Virus record (IMG/VR): IMGVR_UViG_3300024323_000003
Location: 1 to 55,352 of that record
Direction: 5' to 3' (one strand)
Source of the DNA: a virus
Lineage: Duplodnaviria > Caudoviricetes
Length of the DNA: 55,352 nt
Shown: positions 1-7,781 of the stretch, piece by piece
How the letters are laid out: each line of letters opens with the position of its first letter
Position numbering within the stretch: position 1 is the first letter of the stretch
Translations under genes and position numbers: made by a program
Notes under the pieces: model-generated
The model's input: the letters and a program-made list of their open reading frames with translations, nothing else
Databases searched by the model: none
Told to the model about the DNA's origin: nothing

Positions 1-127
1 GTATCCAGCGGCCAAATAGACGGCTTGCAGAACGAGCGTGTACAAAAAGCGGCTGTTGATTCTCATAGGGCTTCAATATCAAATTCCGAAGGCTGGACCA
101 GCGTTTTGCCGCGTTCACAATCGAAAA
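1..127. repeat. Terminal direct repeat, left copy (circular-contig overlap)
   Basis: 1-127 is identical to 55226-55352. 127 nt is a common assembler k-mer length. The ORFs at 63..335 and 54944..55291 join across it. Confidence 0.95.
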
Positions 128-335
128 GCTCAATGAAGGTTCGCGCACCTTCCGGCAAAACTGATTTCACTGGTCCGTAAGGATTGACGCCATTGGTTTT
201 GTGAATCTCGCCGCCCGAGCTAACGTGCCACGGTCCACCAGGCAACTGACGATTGAGCGCCAGGGCCACCGGGCAGCGGTAGCCGTTGCAGGGTTCGCCT
301 TGCTCGATGTCAGCGGCGGTGATAGAAAAACGCAT
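63..335 (-). CDS. Hypothetical phage protein
   Basis: 90-aa ORF whose stop overlaps (ATGA) the start of 54944..55291 across the circular junction. Confidence 0.7.
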   Translation of the reverse strand: MRFSITAADIEQGEPCNGYRCPVALALNRQLPGGPWHVSSGGEIHKTNGVNPYGPVKSVLPEGARTFIELFDCERGKTLVQPSEFDIEAL

Positions 336-339
336 GGAG

Positions 340-618
340 TCAGCCTTTCCCGTTTCGGCGTTTCAGGAAGTACAAAAATGCGCGGAGGTTGCCCGGGTCT
401 TTCTTGCGGTCAACCAATCCCAGACCGCGCAAATCCTCCAGCCGGTTATTAACGGCGGTATTTCCTTCGGGAAGTTGCAGTCGTGCGGTAACGTCGGCGG
501 GCGTGCCTTCTTCTAAATCCTCCAAGGCTTCGAGGGTTTGGAAAAGTTCATCGCCGAGTGATACCTTGCCGCCGTGTTCACCGTGACATTTTGGACACCA
601 TATCAAAGGTCGTTTCAT
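340..618 (-). CDS. Winged-helix DNA-binding protein with N-terminal CxxC (putative regulator)
   Basis: CPKCHG, then TPADVTARL...NTAVNNRLEDLRGLGLVDR (wHTH pattern). Divergent from the early operon. ATG 618 chosen as start. Confidence 0.65.
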   Translation of the reverse strand: MKRPLIWCPKCHGEHGGKVSLGDELFQTLEALEDLEEGTPADVTARLQLPEGNTAVNNRLEDLRGLGLVDRKKDPGNLRAFLYFLKRRNGKG

Positions 619-800
619 GCGGATTATTTGTCTCACCAAAACGAGTAATCCGCAATGGTTATTTTTTGGACATTATCAAACACCCTGAAAACATTGGACA
701 GGACCGCGCTTTTTTATTCCTGAAAATAGTTTCACTTTTCTGTTGACTCTTTCACCGTTTTGAGTGAAACTGTGTTCAGTGACAGCGAAACAATAAACAG
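619..800. promoter_or_regulatory. Divergent promoter/operator region
   Basis: Inverted repeats GCGGATTA/TAATCCGC (619-653) and TTTCAC-N8-GTGAAA. TTGACT at 743. AT-rich. Confidence 0.5.
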
Positions 801-815
801 AAACAACATAAAATT

Positions 816-2879
816 ATGCAAGACTTCACCGCAACGTATGACCCCGCCGACAATAAAATTCGTATTCGTGCCACCTCGCGCCTGCCAAAAGATTTATATG
901 ATCGGGTCCGGGCGCATGGTTTCATATGGGCGCCGAAACAAGAATTGTTCGTGGCGCCGATGTGGACACCGGAGCGGGAAGATTTAGCCTTGGAGTTAGC
1001 GGGCGAAATCGGCGACGAGGATACAAGCCTCGTAGATCGCGCCGAACAACGCGCCGAACGTTTCGGGGATTACAGCGAAAGCCGCAAAGAAGATGCCGCG
1101 CAGGCTCATGCGGCGGTGCATTCCATCTGCGACGGCATCCCGTTGGGCCAGCCGATTCTAGTTGGCCATCATTCCGAGCGCCACGCCCGCAAGGATGCCG
1201 AGCGAATCGAAAACGGTATGCGCCGAGCGGTCAAGATGTGGGATACCGCGCAGTATTGGCAGAGCCGCGCAACCGGGGCGCTACGCCTCGCCAAATACAA
1301 AGAGCGGCCCGACGTTCGCGGGCGCAGAATCAAAGGCATTGAAGCGGACAAGCGCAAAAAGGAACGGACAAAGGCCGAGTACGAAAAATGCCTGCGTTTC
1401 TGGAATGGTGAATTGAAATTGCGAAACCCCGCAACCGGCGAATCGCGCCCGCTGGAGATCACCGAAGAAAACAAGGCAACGATTGCTCACGTCCTGGGCA
1501 ACAGTTCCGACTTCGGTTATTTGCCCGTTATCAAGCAGGCCGACGGCTCGGGCGACTGGCACGCATACGACGTTCTGCGGCCAGATGAAGAACGGTACAA
1601 AGCCTGCCCCGCCTGCACCGTTGCCCAATGCCAGGAAGCCGCCCGCCGTCTTTATCCTCAGTGGATCGAGCGTTGCAACCGCTGGCTGAATCACTACGCA
1701 AACCGAATTTCGTACGAACGCGCCATGCTTGACGAGGGCGGCGGACTGGTTGGCGAGAAGATCGCCACACAGTACGAAGTTGGCGGCCGGGTCAATATCC
1801 TGCGTTATGGCTGGTCGCTGATTGTCCGGGTGAATCGCCGGGCCGGGGTGGTAATGAGTTTGACGATTGCGGGTGTAGGCTGGCGCAGTATCGGCTTGGA
1901 GGAAGTGCAAGGCTATCAGGCACCGAGCGCCGAAGATAACGCCAAGGTTAAAGCGGTCACAAAAACGCCGCCGCTGTGCAATTATCCCGGCGAAGGATTT
2001 TTGCACCAGACAAAGGAGGAATGGGAAAAGACGGTGCCGCAATGGTCCGACTTCCCCAAGTATATCACCGTGAAAGGCACCGAGACTGCGGGAAAGCATC
2101 GAGTGAGAAATCAGTGCGAAACGGGTAAGGAGTATTACAAAACCAAGCCCGTTTTCCTGACCGATTCAAAGCGCGTTGATCCACCTGCGGCAACGGCACC
2201 CGTGAAGCTCGCGCCGTTCGTGCCGCCGCCTGACGAGGATGAACCCGCGCCGGTGGCAACGCCGAAAGCGGAGAACCCCGAGGAAGCCAAATTCGACGCC
2301 ATGCGGGACAGTCTCAAGGCCGGGGTCCAGGTCGTGACCGCTCCGCAACTATTCCCCACGCCGGCAGACCTCGCCGCCCGGATGGTGGAAACGGCCTTTG
2401 AAAATGGTTGGGGTGTTCAGATCGGCGCGGAAATGAACCTCAAGTGTCGGGTGCTCGAACCGAGCGCCGGAACGGGGAACATTCTCGCGGCCATCGGCCA
2501 AGCCTCAAAGGAGCATCGCGCCTGCGGGTTTGAACTGGTCGCCGTGGAAATTAACCTCAACTTGGCGCACGCTCTCGCCGCAAAGTTTCCCGTCGCGGAT
2601 GTTCGCCGCACGGACTTCCTAACTTGCAACGGGGACTTGGGGAAGTTTGACAGAATCGTAATGAACCCACCTTTTGAACGCGGGAGCGACATCGAGCATA
2701 TTCGGCACGCTGTCGGGATGCTCGCGGACGGTGGCCGGTTGGTCGCCATCTGTGCCAGTGGTCCGAAGCAGCGCGAAGCCCTGGAACCGCTTTGCGATTC
2801 ATGGACGGACCTGGAGCCGGGGACCTTCAAAGAGTCTGGAACGATGGTCAACGTTGCCATGATCGTCATAAACAAATAA
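816..2879 (+). CDS. DUF3560-type N-terminal domain fused to an N6-adenine DNA methyltransferase
   Basis: IPLGQPILVGHHSERHARKD (DUF3560 signature), VLEPSAGTGNI (motif I), RIVMNPPF (motif IV), TFKESGTMV. Confidence 0.85.
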   Translation: MQDFTATYDPADNKIRIRATSRLPKDLYDRVRAHGFIWAPKQELFVAPMWTPEREDLALELAGEIGDEDTSLVDRAEQRAERFGDYSESRKEDAAQAHAAVHSICDGIPLGQPILVGHHSERHARKDAERIENGMRRAVKMWDTAQYWQSRATGALRLAKYKERPDVRGRRIKGIEADKRKKERTKAEYEKCLRFWNGELKLRNPATGESRPLEITEENKATIAHVLGNSSDFGYLPVIKQADGSGDWHAYDVLRPDEERYKACPACTVAQCQEAARRLYPQWIERCNRWLNHYANRISYERAMLDEGGGLVGEKIATQYEVGGRVNILRYGWSLIVRVNRRAGVVMSLTIAGVGWRSIGLEEVQGYQAPSAEDNAKVKAVTKTPPLCNYPGEGFLHQTKEEWEKTVPQWSDFPKYITVKGTETAGKHRVRNQCETGKEYYKTKPVFLTDSKRVDPPAATAPVKLAPFVPPPDEDEPAPVATPKAENPEEAKFDAMRDSLKAGVQVVTAPQLFPTPADLAARMVETAFENGWGVQIGAEMNLKCRVLEPSAGTGNILAAIGQASKEHRACGFELVAVEINLNLAHALAAKFPVADVRRTDFLTCNGDLGKFDRIVMNPPFERGSDIEHIRHAVGMLADGGRLVAICASGPKQREALEPLCDSWTDLEPGTFKESGTMVNVAMIVINK

Positions 2880-2885
2880 ACCAAA

Positions 2886-2978
2886 ATGCAAAAATTCCTC
2901 TTTTCCAAATTCTATTGGCCCGTAACCCTAGGCATAATCGCCCTGGCGTGCTGGTGCTTTTACTCGGTGATTCATTGA
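2886..2978 (+). CDS. 30-aa single-TM peptide
   Basis: MQKFLFSKFYWPVTLGIIALACWCFYSVIH fills the gap between flanking genes; below the ORF-track length cutoff. Confidence 0.45.
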   Translation: MQKFLFSKFYWPVTLGIIALACWCFYSVIH

Positions 2979-2981
2979 ACC

Positions 2982-3185
2982 ATGAAACAAAAACTTTACA
3001 TAGACGGGGGCGAGCCGCTTCTCAGTGCGTGGCCCGAAACGCTGACCGATGGCAGCGAAGTTTGGCAACTGAACTTTCGCGGGGGCGAAGTCCTGAACTG
3101 CCTCAACGAAGCGCGGGCCGATGAAGCTTTCCGGCTGATCGCGTTGGCCGTGAAGATCGGAACCGGGGAGGCCCTCGTTTTATGA
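2982..3185 (+). CDS. Hypothetical protein
   Basis: 67-aa ORF in the early operon. Confidence 0.6.
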   Translation: MKQKLYIDGGEPLLSAWPETLTDGSEVWQLNFRGGEVLNCLNEARADEAFRLIALAVKIGTGEALVL

Positions 3186-3349
3186 CCCGCCACCCACGCC
3201 CGAGAATTAAACCTTGGCCGGGAAGCGTTCGCCCTCGTGGGTGATCGCGGCCCGGACTGGGAGCGGATCGAACAGGAAACCAAAGCCCGCGAGCGTGAAC
3301 GCTTGGAAGCGGAACGGATTGCGCGGGAGCAACAATCGGAAATGTTCAC

Positions 3350-3823
3350 ATGAAAGTACACTATTCCAGCAAATCAAACGAGTGGGCAACCCCGCAAGCG
3401 TTCTTCGACAAGTTGAACGCTGAATTTCATTTCACGCTGGACCCGTGCAGCACGGATGCAAACGCAAAGTGCGCCAAGCATTTAACCAAGCGTCAGAACG
3501 GACTTGCTCAGGACTGGCGCGGCGAGCGCGTTTTTATGAACCCGCCATACGGCAGAGGCAAGGCCGGTGTCGGTGCCTGGATGCGAAAGGCGCAATCCGA
3601 GTCAGCACAATTCAAAGGCGCGTTAGTGGTGGCCCTTGTGCCTGCCCGGACTGATACGAAATGGTTTCACGATTACGTTGCTGCTTTTGGTTACGAGGTC
3701 CGCTTCATTCGTGGCCGTTTGAAATTCGGAAGCGGTAAGAACTCCGCGCCGTTTCCGTCCATGCTGGTTATTTTCGACTCAAACACGCCGAACTATTTGA
3801 AGTATTTCCCGTTCACGAAATGA
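3350..3823 (+). CDS. dam: Phage DNA N6-adenine methyltransferase (phage Dam family)
   Basis: EWATPQAFFDKLNAEFHFTLDPC, VFMNPPY, LVPARTDTKWF, FIRGRLKFG, SAPFPS. Confidence 0.92.
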   Translation: MKVHYSSKSNEWATPQAFFDKLNAEFHFTLDPCSTDANAKCAKHLTKRQNGLAQDWRGERVFMNPPYGRGKAGVGAWMRKAQSESAQFKGALVVALVPARTDTKWFHDYVAAFGYEVRFIRGRLKFGSGKNSAPFPSMLVIFDSNTPNYLKYFPFTK

Positions 3824-4017
3824 CAATTCCCGACCACATAAAGCGTGACGCCGAAACCGCGGCCGAAGCAACCGCTCGCGGCGACTGGTCACTGGCAACG
3901 CATATCCGCAACCGCTATCGCCCAGGCTCGCCGGATCGAATACAATTTGACTGGATCAGCAAAGAACTGGCAACGCTGCAAAATAAATCTTCGCCAGTTG
4001 GACCCGATAAACATTGA
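3820..4017 (+). CDS. Hypothetical protein
   Basis: ATGA coupling to dam. Confidence 0.6.
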   Translation: MTIPDHIKRDAETAAEATARGDWSLATHIRNRYRPGSPDRIQFDWISKELATLQNKSSPVGPDKH

Positions 4018-4044
4018 GCGGAATTGGGGTGCATCATTTTTCTG

Positions 4045-4073
4045 TTGCAAATAATCCCACTTTGCCCCATAGT
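4045..4073 (+). promoter_or_regulatory. Sigma70-like promoter
   Basis: TTGCAA-N17-CATAGT, preceded by TTTTCTG as at the 743 promoter. Confidence 0.45.
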
Positions 4074-4199
4074 CGCATCGTTCACTTGAACCTGAACATG
4101 ATAACAAACAAAAACATTTGCCGCCGTTCTCCGGTCTGCGCGTTTCCTCAAGCGCGTAAGGTTCAATCGGGGAGCGGCGGCGCTTTGAGGAAATAAGTT

Positions 4200-4550
4200 A
4201 TGACCACAATTAAAATCCCGGACGCAGTTGCGGAGCAAGTCGTTAAAGGCATCATGGAGAATTTCCCGGAGGCGAGCAATGGCTCTGCTCTGGTTTGCGT
4301 GGGCTGGCGCTATGACGCCTGGCAATTCACGTTAGAGGACAGCGAGTCCGGCAAATCGTATCGGCTCGGAAAGGCTGCGCTCTTGAAAGCCTTCCCGCTG
4401 ATCTTCACCGACAAATGGCCGAAAGGCTGCACCCAGCCGCCCGCGTCCAGTGATCCCGAAGTTTGGGACAACTGGCTTTGTCAGGCTGACGCGATTGACT
4501 TCGATGCCTTCGCGCAACTCGCCTGCTTGGGTGAAGTGATTTACGGCTAA
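4200..4550 (+). CDS. Hypothetical protein
   Basis: 116 aa ending DAFAQLACLGEVIYG, a C-terminal pattern familiar from small early phage proteins. Confidence 0.7.
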   Translation: MTTIKIPDAVAEQVVKGIMENFPEASNGSALVCVGWRYDAWQFTLEDSESGKSYRLGKAALLKAFPLIFTDKWPKGCTQPPASSDPEVWDNWLCQADAIDFDAFAQLACLGEVIYG

Positions 4551-4575
4551 CCCCTTAACCCAAAACCAAAAAGTT

Positions 4576-5157
4576 ATGAATACTGAAACGAAATTCACGC
4601 CGCCGAATATCAGCGATTACGCCAGCGGTTACGAGAACCACATGGTCGGGGATGCTGCTTTTAGAGACGGCACCAAATACCGATTCGTGATCCTCGACAG
4701 TCAAATAAAACACCTTTACCTCTACACCGGGCCGGATTATTCGCGTAATGACTTCGCCAGCCGTGCTCCGCGAAAGGTTCAAGCCGTGCTCGATGCTGCG
4801 TTGCCTCTATTCCCTGGCTCCGTGGCGCAGATGCACAAACGGCACGCTCAACAGGACGCCGACACCAAAGCGCAGAACGAAGCCGCGATAAAGAAGCAGA
4901 AACTTGAGCAAGCCGCGCCGGATATGTTCGAGGCGTTGAAAGAAGCGGCAGACCTGATTTATTGCTGCTCGCGGGTGAACGAGTTGAACAAGGAACATTT
5001 CCCGCATCGCTCGCCCGAATGGGTTTATGACCATCCTGACACACCGCGCAAACTGGCAATGAATAATTTGCTGGATGCGCTGAAGAAGTGCGAAAATGGA
5101 AAAGCCCGCGCCGCCCTCGCCAAAGCTTCCGGGCGGGAAAGTGAGGCCCGGCCGTGA
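4576..5157 (+). CDS. Hypothetical protein
   Basis: AAPDMFEALK...ARAALAKA motif common in phage accessory proteins; A-rich start context. Confidence 0.7.
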   Translation: MNTETKFTPPNISDYASGYENHMVGDAAFRDGTKYRFVILDSQIKHLYLYTGPDYSRNDFASRAPRKVQAVLDAALPLFPGSVAQMHKRHAQQDADTKAQNEAAIKKQKLEQAAPDMFEALKEAADLIYCCSRVNELNKEHFPHRSPEWVYDHPDTPRKLAMNNLLDALKKCENGKARAALAKASGRESEARP

Positions 5158-5348
5158 AAGTTTTTGTGATTCAATCGAATGATGGGCGATGGATTAAGGA
5201 TGGCGTTCGAGGCTTCGGCTTGACCAAGCGCACCGAACTGCGCCAGTGTTACGCCAGCTTGGAAGCTGCCCGGGGTGCTCTTACCGACGCATGGGCCAAG
5301 TTAAAGGCCCGTGTTCTGGCTCTGGCGATTCAAGAGGTGGAAATATGA
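5154..5348 (+). CDS. Hypothetical protein
   Basis: GTGA and ATGA coupling on both sides. Confidence 0.6.
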   Translation: MKVFVIQSNDGRWIKDGVRGFGLTKRTELRQCYASLEAARGALTDAWAKLKARVLALAIQEVEI

Positions 5349-5779
5349 ACGCTCTGCAAACCTTCATTGCCTCCGTGCCCTGCGGCTTCCTGAAATCAAC
5401 CGATATGCCCAAGCTGATCGAGCTGGACCGGCTTTGCCCGGTGCTTGTCCGTTGCGGTGGCTGCCGGTTCACTTGCGCGGCCCAAGACTGCGCCCACCTC
5501 ATCAAGTGTATCGAGGCCAGCGGGGATTACTGCCGGGATGTCAGCTTTCCGACCGGGAGCGTTGAGCGGGCCGCGACTTGGGTGCCGGATAAGGCATACA
5601 CCGATAAGCACGGCTACGGGTTCAAAGTGGGCGACCGCGTGAAGCGCCGGGACATTGCCGATTGCCCCGCCTTTGTCGTTGAGACTGTGCCCGAGCCTCC
5701 ATACGTGCCGGGTATTCGAGCTGAGGGTGACACTGAGCCGGCTGTCATGTGGTGCCCGTCAAGTTGGCGCCTTGCCTGA
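5345..5779 (+). CDS. Hypothetical Cys-containing protein with an SH3-like C-terminus
   Basis: ATG 5345 coupled to the upstream stop; FKVGDRVK motif. Confidence 0.6.
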   Translation: MNALQTFIASVPCGFLKSTDMPKLIELDRLCPVLVRCGGCRFTCAAQDCAHLIKCIEASGDYCRDVSFPTGSVERAATWVPDKAYTDKHGYGFKVGDRVKRRDIADCPAFVVETVPEPPYVPGIRAEGDTEPAVMWCPSSWRLA

Positions 5780-5798
5780 CCCGAACCGCCCACCACTC

Positions 5799-5830
5799 AC
5801 CCGGCCGGGATTGTCCTGCGCCGGGTTTTT
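5799..5830 (+). terminator. Rho-independent terminator
   Basis: CCCGGCCGGGA-TTG-TCCTGCGCCGGG followed by TTTTT, at the end of the early operon. Confidence 0.75.
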
Positions 5831-6181
5831 GCTGTCTTCATGGGCATGTCTTCGAGAGTTTAACCCAATGGTAACACGGCTCGGATGAGGGTCTAAAACA
5901 AGGTCCAATCCCCCTAGCTACCTTCCGCGGGCTCGTCCTGGGGCATTTGGTGAAGCCGAATTTCAGCCAAACCATTGCAAAATGCCAGAAAAGCCAATTT
6001 TGCCCTTCCTTGGCGTCTGGATGCCTCCAGGACGCGCCGGCAGAAACCACGCTCCCGACACTTGGGCCAGGACGGACTCGCCACGGCAGGACGGCGCCAG
6101 CGGTCAAAGGCGGGGCAAAATGACCAATGGTTACACTTAGGGCTTGACTCCGGGGACACAAAGGGCGTTATTTGGGCTGAA

Positions 6182-6595
6182 ATGACCGCCGAAGCCTTGC
6201 AAGTCCAGCCAGAAGATGAAATCGAGGCGGAAACGGACGCCGCTACACTGGAAAGCATCCAATGCTCGCCAGAGCGTAGCCCGAAGAGCCGGCCGAACCG
6301 AGCAACCAGCCTCACCCAACTACTTGACATTGCCGAGGCAACATACGACAGGCTGATGAAGGAGCCTTTGGAGCCAGCGGATCACGCTGCCCTTGCTCGC
6401 GCGTTTTGCCTCATTGACGAGCGTATCCGCATACGCAAAGGCATTCCACTCCCGGGCCAGCTCCGCCCAGACCTGGTTCCCGGGAAGCGCGGGAAGCGCG
6501 AGGGGATCATTGACCTAGCCAAAGCCGGCAACTTCGCTGAAGCGGTCGAGGCGCCGAAGGCCACAAGCCAGGTTGCGCCGGCAGCCCCGAAATAA
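6182..6595 (+). CDS. Hypothetical helical protein, candidate terminase small subunit
   Basis: ATG 6182 downstream of TTGACT; predicted helical hairpin with a basic, Pro-rich tail; flanked by long non-coding DNA. Function is inference. Confidence 0.4.
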   Translation: MTAEALQVQPEDEIEAETDAATLESIQCSPERSPKSRPNRATSLTQLLDIAEATYDRLMKEPLEPADHAALARAFCLIDERIRIRKGIPLPGQLRPDLVPGKRGKREGIIDLAKAGNFAEAVEAPKATSQVAPAAPK

Positions 6596-6785
6596 CCCGC
6601 TTGTGCGCTACCTGTAGCGTACGCCCCGCTGGGAGTTATCTTCAAAGCACTAGAGAGTAGGAAACACTTGATGCCATTGGTCTATCTCACTATTGCGATA
6701 TGAGCATAAGTGATATTGTGCGAATATTCGGCCTTTTCGTGCCTGTTTCGCTTGTGGTGTCGGATCGGTCTTGGTATCGTGATTC

Positions 6786-7148
6786 ATGCAACTCGAACTC
6801 AAGCTTTCAGACGGCCAAACCGCTATCATCGAGACGGAGGAATGGAAAGAGGTCGTCGGATTTCCGCTCTATGACGTGTCAACCCTGGGCAGGTTCCGCC
6901 GTCGCTCCAATGGCCTGTTTATCACTGGCACGATAGCCAACAACGGATACCGTCATATCGGCCTAATGCGTGATGGCCGGCAGATCACTAAGCTTGCCCA
7001 TCGCCTTATTGCCGAGACGTTCCTTGAGCAGCCATCCCCGGCCCATAGCGATGTGAACCATCAGAACAAGCAGCGTGCCGATAATCGCGTATCCAATCTC
7101 GAATGGATGACGCGCTCCCAGAACTCCAGGCACTCGAAGCAAAAATGA
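6786..7148 (+). CDS. NUMOD4-HNH homing endonuclease
   Basis: EEWKEVVGFPLYDVSTLGR (NUMOD4); AHRLIAETF...VNHQNKQRADNRVSNLEW...QN (HNH_3). Confidence 0.92.
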   Translation: MQLELKLSDGQTAIIETEEWKEVVGFPLYDVSTLGRFRRRSNGLFITGTIANNGYRHIGLMRDGRQITKLAHRLIAETFLEQPSPAHSDVNHQNKQRADNRVSNLEWMTRSQNSRHSKQK

Positions 7149-7330
7149 GGACTCTCTTATTTTTTCTTCGACCCGTCCCCGCGGTCCCCACCCCGGGAGT
7201 CCCGCCGCTCCGGTGAGCGCGTGAGTGACACCCCTACACCCGATGCCCCTACCCCTCAGTAATTCCCTACCCCAATCCCCCAACCTTCCATTACTCAACT
7301 CCGTTTCTAAAAAATAAAAAATCTCGATAA

Positions 7331-7636
7331 TCAGAGAAGTTCTCCCTGAATTTCCAGAGGAACGTAGCAGGTGATGGCGTAACCGAGGTCTTGGTCGGGT
7401 TCGAAGTTGGGATCCTTGGAGAATCCGATGGAGCTCATGTCGGCCGAGGGTTTGTTTGGGATGGGCGGCCGGATGTGTCGGATGAAGGCTCCGCGGGCTT
7501 TGAGACTTCGGATGGTCTGCTCGTAATCGTTCGATTCGACCAGGAGTTTCTGTTTGTCCCATTTCTGGACAGGCTTATCTCCGTCCGAGTTTGGGTTGGC
7601 GTCCCAGAGGAATTGTGGGCGTTCGATCCAGGGCAT
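7331..7636 (-). CDS. Hypothetical protein
   Basis: 101-aa ORF downstream of the helicase. Confidence 0.6.
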   Translation of the reverse strand: MPWIERPQFLWDANPNSDGDKPVQKWDKQKLLVESNDYEQTIRSLKARGAFIRHIRPPIPNKPSADMSSIGFSKDPNFEPDQDLGYAITCYVPLEIQGELL

Positions 7637-7662
7637 GATTTTGTCTAAAATTCCGACCAGTA

Positions 7663-7780
7663 TTCTCAGCGGGCGAGAATTCTCATTCTCATCCCCCTAC
7701 GGGGATGATGAGAATATGAGAATCTCATCGCCTTTATCATGAGAATCTCACTGAGAAAATGAATGAGAAAACCATGAGAA
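7663..7780. repeat. TGAGAA/TTCTCA iteron-like cluster, putative replication origin
   Basis: TTCTCA at 7663, 7680, 7686 and TGAGAA at 7709, 7717, 7740, 7752, 7764, 7775, around the hairpin ATCCCC-CTAC-GGGGAT. Confidence 0.7.
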
Positions 7781-7781
7781 T

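Noticed and set aside
5975-6181. N-terminal extension of the 5975..6595 ORF
   Set aside because: Composition does not look coding, and a promoter-like TTGACT lies just upstream of ATG 6182
7663-7780. CRISPR-like mini-array
   Set aside because: Repeats are only 6-10 bp, in both orientations, with no spacer-length unique sequences
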